NCBI GenBank assembly: GCA_903858755.1
Contig: CAIOKC010000029.1
Span: forward strand, 1,059 to 65,058
Length of the DNA stretch: 64,000 bases
Reading direction: 5' to 3'
Source of the DNA: an uncultured bacterium
GTDB taxonomy: Bacteria > Patescibacteriota > Minisyncoccia > Phycocordibacterales > UBA2100
The translations under genes and the position numbers were made by a program. Under the pieces are notes generated by a model. The model did not search any database. It was given only the letters and a program-made list of their open reading frames with translations, and was not told the origin of the DNA. Position 1 is the first letter of the stretch, and each line of letters starts with the position of its first letter. Below are positions 7,927 through 16,636 of the stretch, piece after piece.

Positions 7927-8967
7927 ATGAGCACTCTTGGTTCTCTTCTGGCATTCGCCGGCGGGGCGTGCGCAGAGGCGTATGGATCCGTACGCGAAAG
8001 ACGGGCGCTTTCGCAGCGGCTCGACCGCGAGCTTCTGAAGCGCGGCGCGAATCCGCATGACACCTGTTTCGCGCCCGACCGGGTTATGTTTGACGGCAAG
8101 GTGCTGTGCTTCCGACCGAGAATGGTCGGTGCGGTTGCAGCGTACATCGCCGCAAGCGGGCGCTCGAGAAGCGACATAATCCGCAACGGCGGCATGGATG
8201 CATTCCGCATGTTGTGGTTCCTTGCCGCTGCGCAAGACGACCTCATCGACGCTGCGGACCAAGCGCCTGCCGCAGGATCGCTGGATTCTCGGTACTTGAT
8301 GAAAGTGATATTCGGCAAACACCGGACCTTTTATCGAGCGGCGTTTCGGGTCGTTTCGAGTGATATCAATCGGTTGCAAGCGTCGAGCGAGACAAAGACG
8401 TATCTCCGCAAGAAAGTTCGCTCGTGGTACCGTTTTTTGGTGAATCAAGAAGCGGAGATGTACGCATCGGGATTCGAGAAACTCTCGTTCTCGGTGTGCG
8501 CCAAGTATCGCGAGCAACAAAACTCAATGATCGGCGGGACGCTCGTTGCGTTGCTCAACGGTGCCGAATGCCTCGTCTCGGATTTGCGGCGGCTGGAAGA
8601 GTACCTTCCGATCGCATCGTTCCGGACGCAGATCATCGACGACGTCGCGGATATCGCCGAAGACCTGCGGATGCGGCGTCCGAGCTACTGCATGGGTGCG
8701 CTCAACGAGTATCCCGTGGAGATGGCACGCATGCGGCATGTTGTCGAAGTCCGAGCGATTGCGAAGGTGCGTCCGTGGCTATTCAAGCGGATCGCGCCGC
8801 GCAGCTATGCTCTTGTGCGGAAGCAGTATGCAGCGTACGGTGTGCGCCTCCGCGACGCGCCTCCGCACGGCGTCATTCTGGACTCGGTGGGGAATGTGCT
8901 TTTTCACGTCTTCCCGTCATTCCGCGACGTCATGTACAGGCTGAGTCCGCGGCTCGCGAATTTCTGA
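7927..8967 (+). CDS. Isoprenoid-synthase-fold protein with two Asp-rich motifs (squalene/phytoene-synthase or trans-IPPS-like), function unknown
   Basis: Start at ATG 7927 (MSTLGSLL). Motif 1 is FLAAAQDDLIDAAD. Motif 2, ~135 aa later, is FRTQIIDDVADIAEDLRMRRPSY. Both resemble the DDxxD motifs of class I isoprenoid synthases as I recall them, in composition and spacing. The rest is divergent. Confidence 0.45.
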   Translation: MSTLGSLLAFAGGACAEAYGSVRERRALSQRLDRELLKRGANPHDTCFAPDRVMFDGKVLCFRPRMVGAVAAYIAASGRSRSDIIRNGGMDAFRMLWFLAAAQDDLIDAADQAPAAGSLDSRYLMKVIFGKHRTFYRAAFRVVSSDINRLQASSETKTYLRKKVRSWYRFLVNQEAEMYASGFEKLSFSVCAKYREQQNSMIGGTLVALLNGAECLVSDLRRLEEYLPIASFRTQIIDDVADIAEDLRMRRPSYCMGALNEYPVEMARMRHVVEVRAIAKVRPWLFKRIAPRSYALVRKQYAAYGVRLRDAPPHGVILDSVGNVLFHVFPSFRDVMYRLSPRLANF

Positions 8968-9798
8968 GCCAAGAAAGTCCAACACGCGCTTTGCAAAAAG
9001 CGCGTGTTTTGTTATGTGCACAAAGTGACCGCCTCCTCGTATGAGAAAGCGCTCTGAGCGCGAGATTCGCGACCATACCCGAGGCGCATGGGATGGCGGC
9101 GTGATACGGTCGCGTGTCCCGTACACGCAGAGCGTGCGCGCGGTTATGCGTTCGAGCGGCACGTCTTGCATCGTGTGCGTCGCACGATATATAGCAAGCA
9201 TGGTCCGGGCGCGCTGCACGGTCATCGGGGCGGTGTCTGCGTACCCGATCGGTGTAAACCACGTGCGGTCGATGTCGTACGTACACACTGGCGCGAGCCG
9301 ACCAAGATGCGCTATGCACCACGCATGGAGCCATTGTGCCGCGCTGCGCCTGGTCGGATCAGCGACCCCGCACAAGACGAGCGCATCGAGGCTGTGTGTC
9401 GCTGCGTAGAGCGAAGCCACACGCCCTCCGAAGGAGTGCCCGACGATCGCATACGGAGTGATCGCGAGTTGCTCTGCGAAGGCGGATACGCAGTCTGCGT
9501 AATCGTATAGCGTGAGAATCGCGCGGGGGGTCTCGCTCTCTCCGAAGCCGGGCAGATCGAGCGCATATACTGAGTAGCGGGAGGAGAGGAGCGGCATAGT
9601 GCGCGCCCACGTACGTCTCGATTGCCCCCATCCGTGGAGGAGGATGATCGGCGGTCCGCTTCCGGTGCTTGTGTATGCGCATCGGAATCCATTTCTCAGC
9701 GTGATTATGCGGGTTTCTCCGCACGCGCTTGAGTCGGGTATTGTATACCCTTTTCGTAGGTTGCGGACAGCGCCGATGCATCGCTCCACGAGCCACAT
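8917..9798 (-). CDS. Alpha/beta-fold hydrolase
   Basis: ILLHGWGQS...IVGHSFGG nucleophile elbow, with the later D and GGGHF fitting an alpha/beta-hydrolase catalytic triad. Its 3' end overlaps the convergent 7927..8967 gene by 51 nt. Confidence 0.7.
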   Translation of the reverse strand: MWLVERCIGAVRNLRKGYTIPDSSACGETRIITLRNGFRCAYTSTGSGPPIILLHGWGQSRRTWARTMPLLSSRYSVYALDLPGFGESETPRAILTLYDYADCVSAFAEQLAITPYAIVGHSFGGRVASLYAATHSLDALVLCGVADPTRRSAAQWLHAWCIAHLGRLAPVCTYDIDRTWFTPIGYADTAPMTVQRARTMLAIYRATHTMQDVPLERITARTLCVYGTRDRITPPSHAPRVWSRISRSERFLIRGGGHFVHITKHALFAKRVLDFLGSEIREPRTQPVHDVAE

Positions 9799-9894
9799 GA
9801 GACAATCCTAGTGCACGCCGTCGCATTTGTCATTGGCACATCTCCGGACTCGGACGCTGTTCGAGCGCGCACCGTTGCTGTGTATACTGGGACT

Positions 9895-11172
9895 ATGCGC
9901 ATACCGACCAGTGTATTCATGGTGGGCATCGGCGGTATCGGTATGTCTGCGCTCGCGCAGCTTTTGAAGTATCGAGGATACGAGGTCTGCGGATCTGACA
10001 GAGAAGAATCGCCGGTGGTCTCTCTGCTCGTGCAAAAAGGCGTTCCCGTGGCGGTCGGGCATGACCAGTGCAGTATTCCCGCCGGTACCGGACTCCTCAT
10101 CTACTCGGATGCGGTACCGTCGACAAATCGCGAGCGTGAGCGAGCGAAGGAGATGGGCATTCCAGAAATATCGTATTTTGAAGCGCTTGGAGTGGTCTCG
10201 AAAGATGCGCGGACGATTGCCGTTGCTGGTACGCACGGGAAAACGACGACGACGGGGATGCTCGCGAAGATACTGCAGCAGTGCGAGAAAGAGCCGACCG
10301 CCGTCATCGGCTCCATCGTGCGTGATTTCGGATCCAATTTTCTCGCCGGTCGCGAAGATCTTTTGGTGGTCGAGGCGTGCGAGTATCGCGATCACCTCCT
10401 AAAACTCCATCCGGAGATTTTGGTAATCACAAACATAGAGCTCGATCACACGGACTACTTCCCAAATCTTGCAGCGCTTCAGGAGACGTTTGGGAAGGCT
10501 ATAGCGCGTGTCCCGAAATACGGCGCGATTGTGGCAAACCCGAAGGATCCCATAATCGCCCCTCTCTTGGAAAAATACAGCAGTCTGACTGCTGTATTTG
10601 ACTATACGGCGCAGGCGGTGCCTGCGCTCGCGCAGATCGGGGAATTCAACCGCATGAACGCGCGCGCCGCCAAATGCGCGGCGCGCGCGGCGTTCCCGCA
10701 TCTGCAGGAAGGATGTATCGACCGCGCGCTCATGGATTTCAAAGGTTCGTGGCGGAGATTTGAATACAAAGGCGAGACGCCGAATGGCGCGGTCGTCTAC
10801 GACGACTATGCGCACCATCCTACGGCGATTGCAAAAACGATCGAGGCGGCGCGCGAGCATTTCCCGGAAAAGAAAATTATCGTCGCGTTTCATCCACACC
10901 TCTACAGCCGCACCAAATCGCTTGTGCGCGAGTTTGCACTCGCGCTCGCGCTCGCGGATAGCGCGGTCGTCGCGCCTATCTATGCGGCGCGAGAAGAGCC
11001 TGACCCCGCGATTTCGCACCACATCCTTGCCGACCTCGCAGGCGAGACCGTCGAAGCGCTCGATTCTTTCGATGCTGTCCGCGACCGTCTTCTTTCCGAA
11101 GGAAATGATGCGCTTATCATCACCATGGGTGCGGGGGATATTTACAAAATTGCGGAGCAAATCGCTGATTGA
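9895..11172 (+). CDS. murC: UDP-N-acetylmuramate--L-alanine ligase
   Basis: Start at ATG 9895 (MRIPTSVFMVGIGGIGMSALAQLL). VAGTHGKTTTTGM P-loop. 425 aa. The stop TGA abuts the rsmI start. Confidence 0.85.
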   Translation: MRIPTSVFMVGIGGIGMSALAQLLKYRGYEVCGSDREESPVVSLLVQKGVPVAVGHDQCSIPAGTGLLIYSDAVPSTNRERERAKEMGIPEISYFEALGVVSKDARTIAVAGTHGKTTTTGMLAKILQQCEKEPTAVIGSIVRDFGSNFLAGREDLLVVEACEYRDHLLKLHPEILVITNIELDHTDYFPNLAALQETFGKAIARVPKYGAIVANPKDPIIAPLLEKYSSLTAVFDYTAQAVPALAQIGEFNRMNARAAKCAARAAFPHLQEGCIDRALMDFKGSWRRFEYKGETPNGAVVYDDYAHHPTAIAKTIEAAREHFPEKKIIVAFHPHLYSRTKSLVREFALALALADSAVVAPIYAAREEPDPAISHHILADLAGETVEALDSFDAVRDRLLSEGNDALIITMGAGDIYKIAEQIAD

Positions 11173-11173
11173 T

Positions 11174-11845
11174 ATGGGGAAGCTGTCCATCGTCGCGACA
11201 CCGATAGGGAATCTCGAAGACATCACGCTCCGCGCGCTCCGGACGCTCAAAGAATGCGATGTCATCTATGCGGAAGACACACGCGTGATATCGAAGCTGC
11301 TCGTGCGGTACGAGATACAAAAGCCGCTGCAGCGGCTCGATGCGGCGACGGAGTCGAAGAAAGCAGAAGACATCATCGCACGACTCGAGGCGGGGGAGCA
11401 TGTCGCGTTCGTTTCCGATGCCGGTACGCCAGCTGTTTCCGACCCCGGATCCCGTCTTGTCGGCGCCGTTCGCGCGCGCGGCTGGACGGCGATTGAAGCG
11501 ATTCCGGGGCCATCGGCGCTCACCGCCGCAGTATCTATCGCGGGACTTGCGGCGGGCGAATTCTTTTTTATAGGATTTCTGCCGCATAAAAAGGGGAGGC
11601 AGACCGCCATAAAGCATATTGCAGAAAGCGATGTACCGGTCGTTCTATATGAATCCCCGCACCGCATTCTCAAATTGCTCCGGGAGCTTTCTCAAGCCGG
11701 TGTCTCGAAGGTCGGAGTCGCGCGCGAGCTCACGAAAATGCACGAAGAATTCATCTCCGGTACGCCAGAAGAAATCGCGCAGAGCTTGGAGGCGCGCGGA
11801 GCGGTGCGGGGAGAATTCGTGGTGATTATTGAACCAAGAGACTAG
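11174..11845 (+). CDS. rsmI: 16S rRNA (cytidine1402-2'-O)-methyltransferase
   Basis: MGKLSIVATPIGNLEDITLRALRTLKECDVIYAEDTRV... The tetrapyrrole-methylase-fold RsmI N-terminus is conserved throughout. 223 aa. Confidence 0.85.
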   Translation: MGKLSIVATPIGNLEDITLRALRTLKECDVIYAEDTRVISKLLVRYEIQKPLQRLDAATESKKAEDIIARLEAGEHVAFVSDAGTPAVSDPGSRLVGAVRARGWTAIEAIPGPSALTAAVSIAGLAAGEFFFIGFLPHKKGRQTAIKHIAESDVPVVLYESPHRILKLLRELSQAGVSKVGVARELTKMHEEFISGTPEEIAQSLEARGAVRGEFVVIIEPRD

Positions 11846-11862
11846 AGTGGTATACTCCTGCC

Positions 11863-12105
11863 ATGACGCTGGACACGCTCATCATTGCTTCCGGAGCATT
11901 CGTCGGACTTCTTCCGTTCCTCGGTTTTCCCAACAGCTGGGACACCGCGCTCTTTCTTCTCGCAGGCATGTTCGTTATGGGGCTTGGCGTCGTGGTGCGC
12001 CGCAGACGGGGAGATGAAGAAACCATGATGCGCAGACAGGCGAGTACATTCGTGGAGCGCGCACCGCTTGCTCGGCATGAAGAGAAACATACTGCGAGCG
12101 AGTAG
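11863..12105 (+). CDS. Possible small 2-TM membrane protein
   Basis: 80-aa ORF with two hydrophobic helices, filling an otherwise empty 220-bp gap. Weak RBS. Overlaps the next gene start by ~30 nt. Confidence 0.2.
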   Translation: MTLDTLIIASGAFVGLLPFLGFPNSWDTALFLLAGMFVMGLGVVVRRRRGDEETMMRRQASTFVERAPLARHEEKHTASE

Positions 12106-13324
12106 CGCCGGCGTCCTTGCGGGCGGACTCATCGTTGTCGCCGGGTTCGTCGCGGTCGCGGCGGTGGCTCCCAGCGTCTCGTACGTGCGAGGGGAAGGCG
12201 CGATGACTCCAGAGGCAGAAGCGCCCCGACCTGTCTCCGCGCATGTCGCGACCCCCGCGTCGGTGAAAGCGGTCTACATGTCGCAGTGCGTCGTCGGGAC
12301 GCCGTCGTTCCGCGATTCGATCGTCGGACTCGTCGATGATACGGAGCTGAATGCAATCGTCATCGACATCCGCGACTACACGGGCAAAATCGCATTTCCG
12401 ACCGAACATCCGGTCTTGAAGGATATGGTATCGGACGAGTGTGGCGCGGTCGATATGAAAGATTTTATACAAACACTCCACGACAAAGATATCTACGTCA
12501 TTGGTCGCATCACCGTCTTCCAGAATCCCTCCTACACAAAAGTGCACCCTGAGGAGGCGGTGCAGAAGGCGTGCGCCCATTCGGCAAGCTCAGAGACATG
12601 CGGTGTATGGAAAGATCACAAAGGGCTCGCGTTTGTCGATGTGGGCGCGAAGCCGTACTGGGATACGGTCGTTGAGCTTTCGAAGGAGTCGTATGGAATC
12701 GGGTTCGACGAGCTCAACTACGACTACATTCGATTCCCTTCGGATGGCGACATGAAATCCGCCGTATATTCGTGGAGTCAGGGCAAGACAAAGTCGGAAG
12801 CGCTCGAAGAATTCTTTAGGTATCTGCATGAGCAGGTACGCCCCGTCGGCGTGAAGATGTCGGCCGATTTGTTCGGATACGTGACGGTGCACGAAGACGA
12901 CCTCGGCATCGGGCAACTGCTCGAGCGCGCACTACCGTACTTCGATTACATCGATCCGATGGTATATCCGTCGCACTACAACAGCGGTTTCGCCGGGCTC
13001 AAAAATGTGAACAGCGACCCGTACAAGGTGGTGTATGCGTCGATGGCGGAGGCGGTGCAGCGCACGGTCGCGACGACGACTTCCATCGGGTCGTTCGCAT
13101 ACCAGCGGATCGGCACTTCGACGCCAGCGATGTACTCGAAACCATCGTATCCGGCGTCAAAAATGCGCCCCTGGCTGCAAGACTTTGATTATCCCGTGGA
13201 ATACACGCCGGCGATGGTCGCTGCACAGATCAAGGCGAATGAAGATGCGGGTCTCACGTCGTATCTCTTTTGGGATCCGTCCAACAAGTATTCAAGTCTG
13301 AAGCATGTAGTGTCGCGCGAGTAA
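12077..13324 (+). CDS. Membrane-anchored TIM-barrel glycoside-hydrolase-like protein (GHL/DUF4015-type)
   Basis: N-terminal anchor LRASSAGVLAGGLIVVAGFVAVAAV. The motifs IDIRDYTG...GLAFVDVG...YDYIRFPSDG...YFDYIDPMVYPSHY resemble uncharacterised GH-like TIM barrels. Assigned from memory. The start could instead be 12068. Confidence 0.4.
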   Translation: MKRNILRASSAGVLAGGLIVVAGFVAVAAVAPSVSYVRGEGAMTPEAEAPRPVSAHVATPASVKAVYMSQCVVGTPSFRDSIVGLVDDTELNAIVIDIRDYTGKIAFPTEHPVLKDMVSDECGAVDMKDFIQTLHDKDIYVIGRITVFQNPSYTKVHPEEAVQKACAHSASSETCGVWKDHKGLAFVDVGAKPYWDTVVELSKESYGIGFDELNYDYIRFPSDGDMKSAVYSWSQGKTKSEALEEFFRYLHEQVRPVGVKMSADLFGYVTVHEDDLGIGQLLERALPYFDYIDPMVYPSHYNSGFAGLKNVNSDPYKVVYASMAEAVQRTVATTTSIGSFAYQRIGTSTPAMYSKPSYPASKMRPWLQDFDYPVEYTPAMVAAQIKANEDAGLTSYLFWDPSNKYSSLKHVVSRE

Positions 13325-13345
13325 AGAGAGCGCTATACTAGAGGC

Positions 13346-15205
13346 ATGCATCCCGATCATCAAAACGATGATCGCCGCATCACGTATTTTGCGGCGACCC
13401 ATACGCGGGGGAAACGCGAGATGTTTGGCATACGCGCCGTCGACCGCGGCAAGCATATCTATGTGATCGGCAAAACGGGCATGGGTAAATCCACCATGCT
13501 CGAAAACATGGCAATTCAAGATATCCAAAATGGCGAAGGAATCGCGTTCGTCGATCCGCACGGATCGACGGCAGAGAAGCTGCTCGATTTCGTCCCGCAA
13601 GATCGGATCAAGGATGTGGTGTACTTCGCGCCTTTTGATACCGACTACCCCATGGGGTTCAACGTGATGGAAGATGTGGGCTACGACAAGCGCCACCTCG
13701 TCGTCTCAGGGCTCATGGGCGCCTTAAAACGCATCTGGGTCGACGCGTGGAGCGCGCGTATGGAATACATCTTGCAGAATACACTGCTTGCGCTCCTCGA
13801 GTATCCGGATTCGACGCTTCTCGACGTAAACCGCATGCTCGTCAACAAGAAATTCCGCGATATCGTCGTCGCGCACGTGACCGACCCCATCGTGAAAGCG
13901 TTTTGGGAGGTGGAATTTGCCGGCTTTACCGATACGTATACGCGCGAAGCGACGCCCGCGATTCAAAACAAGATCGGTCAATTTACCGCGAATCCGCTCA
14001 TCCGCAATATCGTGGGGCAAGCGCGCTCCTCCTTTGATCTGCGCAAGATCATGGACGAGAAAAAAATATTCATCGTCAATCTTTCGAAAGGTCGCATGGG
14101 CGAGACCAACGCCTCGCTTTTGGGCAGCATGCTTGTCGTGAAGATCTACCTCGCTGCGATGAGTCGCGCGGACGAGCCGGCGGCACGCATGGCGAAGCTC
14201 CCGCGCTTCTATTTCTACGTCGACGAGTTTCAATCCATGATGAATCAAGCGTTCGCCGACATCCTTTCCGAATCGCGCAAATACAAGCTCGCGCTCACGC
14301 TCGCCAATCAGTACATCGAGCAGATGGAAGAAGAGGTCCGCGACGCGGTTTTTGGCAACGTGGGGACGCTTATCTGCTTCCGCGTCGGTCCTTTCGACGC
14401 GGAAGTGCTCGAGACGGTTTTTACGCCGACATTCACCCCGGAAGATCTCATCGGTCTCGGCATCGGGCAGATCTACCTCACGCTCATGATCGACGGCGTG
14501 GGCTCGCCGCCTTTTTCCGCGGAGACCATTCCGCCGATCGAAACGCCCCCTATCACGTATCGCGACGACGTGATCACAAGCTCCCGCGCGCTCTATGGGC
14601 GCATGCGCAGCGAAGTGGAAGCGACGGTGAGAAAGAAACAAGACGAATACCCGCCGGAGGCGAGAGAAAAAAAGAAAAGCAGCTACGGTACGCGACCGCG
14701 CGACACTGATTCCCGATCGGGCTCGTCGTTCCGACCGACCGACCGTCCGCGCGATGACCTGTCTCCTGCGCGCACAGACGGGGAGCAGGCGGAAAAGAAT
14801 CCTCTACGGAATACCTCGCATCGTGAGGAGAGGCGACCGCAGACGTGGCATGCTGAGCCACGTCCGCCGCGTCTCGAAGAAAAGCCGCGGGGATCGTCAG
14901 AGGCTGAGAAGCGGGACGCGCTTCGCGCCGCGCTTGCCGCCGCGCGCCCTTCCGTGCCTGCTCCTACCGAAGCACCCGCACGTTCGCCGGCAGATATTTT
15001 GCGCGAAAAGCATGCCGCAAAAGCACCTTCTTCTCCGGAGCCGCGTGCCGCTACTGCCCCCCAGCACCCACCCAAGAGTCAAAATCCACACCAGCGCGCG
15101 CCGCATGCGCCTCAGCGTCAAACGCCGGGCGATAATGGCGTGAATGCGCAAAGCGGAGAAGTTTCTCACGAAGATTTGCGGCGCGCGCTCGGGCGCAACG
15201 AGTAG
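13346..15205 (+). CDS. HerA/VirD4-like P-loop NTPase (T4SS DNA-transfer/coupling-protein-like) with a ~200-aa disordered R/P/E/A-rich tail
   Basis: Walker A is IYVIGKTGMGKST. Walker B is FYFYVDEFQSM. LANQYIEQ...GTLICFRVG resembles TraG/VirD4-type C-terminal motifs. No N-terminal TM helices. Confidence 0.55.
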   Translation: MHPDHQNDDRRITYFAATHTRGKREMFGIRAVDRGKHIYVIGKTGMGKSTMLENMAIQDIQNGEGIAFVDPHGSTAEKLLDFVPQDRIKDVVYFAPFDTDYPMGFNVMEDVGYDKRHLVVSGLMGALKRIWVDAWSARMEYILQNTLLALLEYPDSTLLDVNRMLVNKKFRDIVVAHVTDPIVKAFWEVEFAGFTDTYTREATPAIQNKIGQFTANPLIRNIVGQARSSFDLRKIMDEKKIFIVNLSKGRMGETNASLLGSMLVVKIYLAAMSRADEPAARMAKLPRFYFYVDEFQSMMNQAFADILSESRKYKLALTLANQYIEQMEEEVRDAVFGNVGTLICFRVGPFDAEVLETVFTPTFTPEDLIGLGIGQIYLTLMIDGVGSPPFSAETIPPIETPPITYRDDVITSSRALYGRMRSEVEATVRKKQDEYPPEAREKKKSSYGTRPRDTDSRSGSSFRPTDRPRDDLSPARTDGEQAEKNPLRNTSHREERRPQTWHAEPRPPRLEEKPRGSSEAEKRDALRAALAAARPSVPAPTEAPARSPADILREKHAAKAPSSPEPRAATAPQHPPKSQNPHQRAPHAPQRQTPGDNGVNAQSGEVSHEDLRRALGRNE

Positions 15206-16622
15206 TTTTGTTTTTCTCTGCCTTGTGTGCGCTCCCGGCATGGTCGGAGCGCAGGTGGTGATCTCAGAATTCTTATACGATGCCGCTGGATCCGACACCG
15301 ATCAGGAGTGGGTGGAGCTTTTCAACGCGGGAGAAAGCGCGGTCGACCTCACGAAGTGGAAAATCAACGACGGCTCGAATCACGTGTTCAACGTCCCTCC
15401 CAAAAACGACGGCAAGGGCTCGATCTCGATCCCGTCGGGCGGCTACCTCATCCTCGCGTCGAATGCGGCGACGTTTGCCGCGCAGTATCCGCTCGTCGCC
15501 AACGTGATCGACACGACGTTGTCGCTTCCGAACACGAGCGGCTCCGTTTCGCTCGTCGACGAGAGCGGCGCGACCGTCGACACGCTCTCGTACACGAAAG
15601 ACATGGGTGCCGCGGGCGATAGCTTGACGCTGCATCGCGCGACGCTTGCGGGTACCGCGCTCAGTGCCGCAGCTCCATCGCCGGGGAGCGGAAGCCTCTC
15701 CGCAAACGCTGCGAGCACGCAATCCGCCGCGACCTCGACGACAGAAAGCGCGCAGACCACTTCGGGTGCCGCGTCCGGCAATTCTTCGCCCGTGTCTTCG
15801 TACGTCGCGCCGCCACTGCCGCAGCTTTTTGCGGAAGCGGGCGGCGACAGGGTTGCGATCGTGGGAGCGGACGTGATCTTCGAGGGGCGCGCATACAATA
15901 GGAATCGAGAGTTTGTCGATATGGTGCGTTTCGTGTGGAATTTCGGCGACGGGTCGACCGCGGAGGGTCAGAGCGTCGCGCACCATTTCGAATATCCGGG
16001 GCGATACGTAGTCTGGCTTGATATCGCGCACGATACGGTCGCCGCATCGGACAGGATCATTGTGACGGCAGAGCCCGCACGCCTTTCGTTCACTGTCTTT
16101 GCAGACGGCAGCGCGGAGATTGTCAACAACGCCGGACGCGACCTCGATCTCTCGAATTGGGTGGTGGCAAACTTCGCGCGCGAATTCAGGCTGCCGAAAC
16201 ACTCTCTCATCCTCTCGGGCACTTCGATGCGCATCTCGCAGAAAACACTCGGCTTTTGGAGCGGCATGCAGACGGAGCTCCGCTACCCGAACGGCGCACT
16301 CGCTTTGCGCGCCGGCGACAGATCGGAGACGGCTGTGCCGGTAGTTGCTCCGCCTCCGACCTCGCCCGCTCGGGTGGAGACGCGCTCGGCACCGGTCGCA
16401 GCGCACTCGCAGTCTTCGTCTTCCGTGGAGCAAGACGCCGCTCCTTCCGGAGAGTCGGCTGGCGCCTCTTCGCCGTACGTCGCTGCAGCCGCAGCGGGAA
16501 GCGCCCCCTCCGTGTGGTGGTTTGTCGTGTCCGGTCTCGGCCTTTCCGTCGCGGGGATGCTTGTGCTGGTGCGGTATCTTAAAAAGAACGAGTGGGACAT
16601 TATTGAGGAAACGGCGGAATAG
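15144..16622 (+). CDS. Lamin-tail-domain (LTD) + PKD-domain surface protein with a C-terminal TM anchor
   Basis: VVISEFLYDAAGSDTDQEWVELFNAG...GGYLILAS is the LTD signature. VRFVWNFGDGSTAEGQSVAHHFEYPGRYVVWLDIAHD is a PKD domain. The C-terminal WWFVVSGLGLSVAGMLVLV is a TM. The start at 15144 overlaps the upstream gene by 62 nt. ATG 15240 is the alternative but would remove the signal peptide. Confidence 0.6.
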   Translation: MRKAEKFLTKICGARSGATSSFVFLCLVCAPGMVGAQVVISEFLYDAAGSDTDQEWVELFNAGESAVDLTKWKINDGSNHVFNVPPKNDGKGSISIPSGGYLILASNAATFAAQYPLVANVIDTTLSLPNTSGSVSLVDESGATVDTLSYTKDMGAAGDSLTLHRATLAGTALSAAAPSPGSGSLSANAASTQSAATSTTESAQTTSGAASGNSSPVSSYVAPPLPQLFAEAGGDRVAIVGADVIFEGRAYNRNREFVDMVRFVWNFGDGSTAEGQSVAHHFEYPGRYVVWLDIAHDTVAASDRIIVTAEPARLSFTVFADGSAEIVNNAGRDLDLSNWVVANFAREFRLPKHSLILSGTSMRISQKTLGFWSGMQTELRYPNGALALRAGDRSETAVPVVAPPPTSPARVETRSAPVAAHSQSSSSVEQDAAPSGESAGASSPYVAAAAAGSAPSVWWFVVSGLGLSVAGMLVLVRYLKKNEWDIIEETAE

Positions 16623-16636
16623 GATATTGTTGCGTC

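Noticed and set aside
7882-8520. 212-aa minus ORF opposite the isoprenoid-synthase-like gene
   Set aside because: The plus-strand reading carries two spaced Asp-rich motifs and is the coherent one. The minus translation is featureless.
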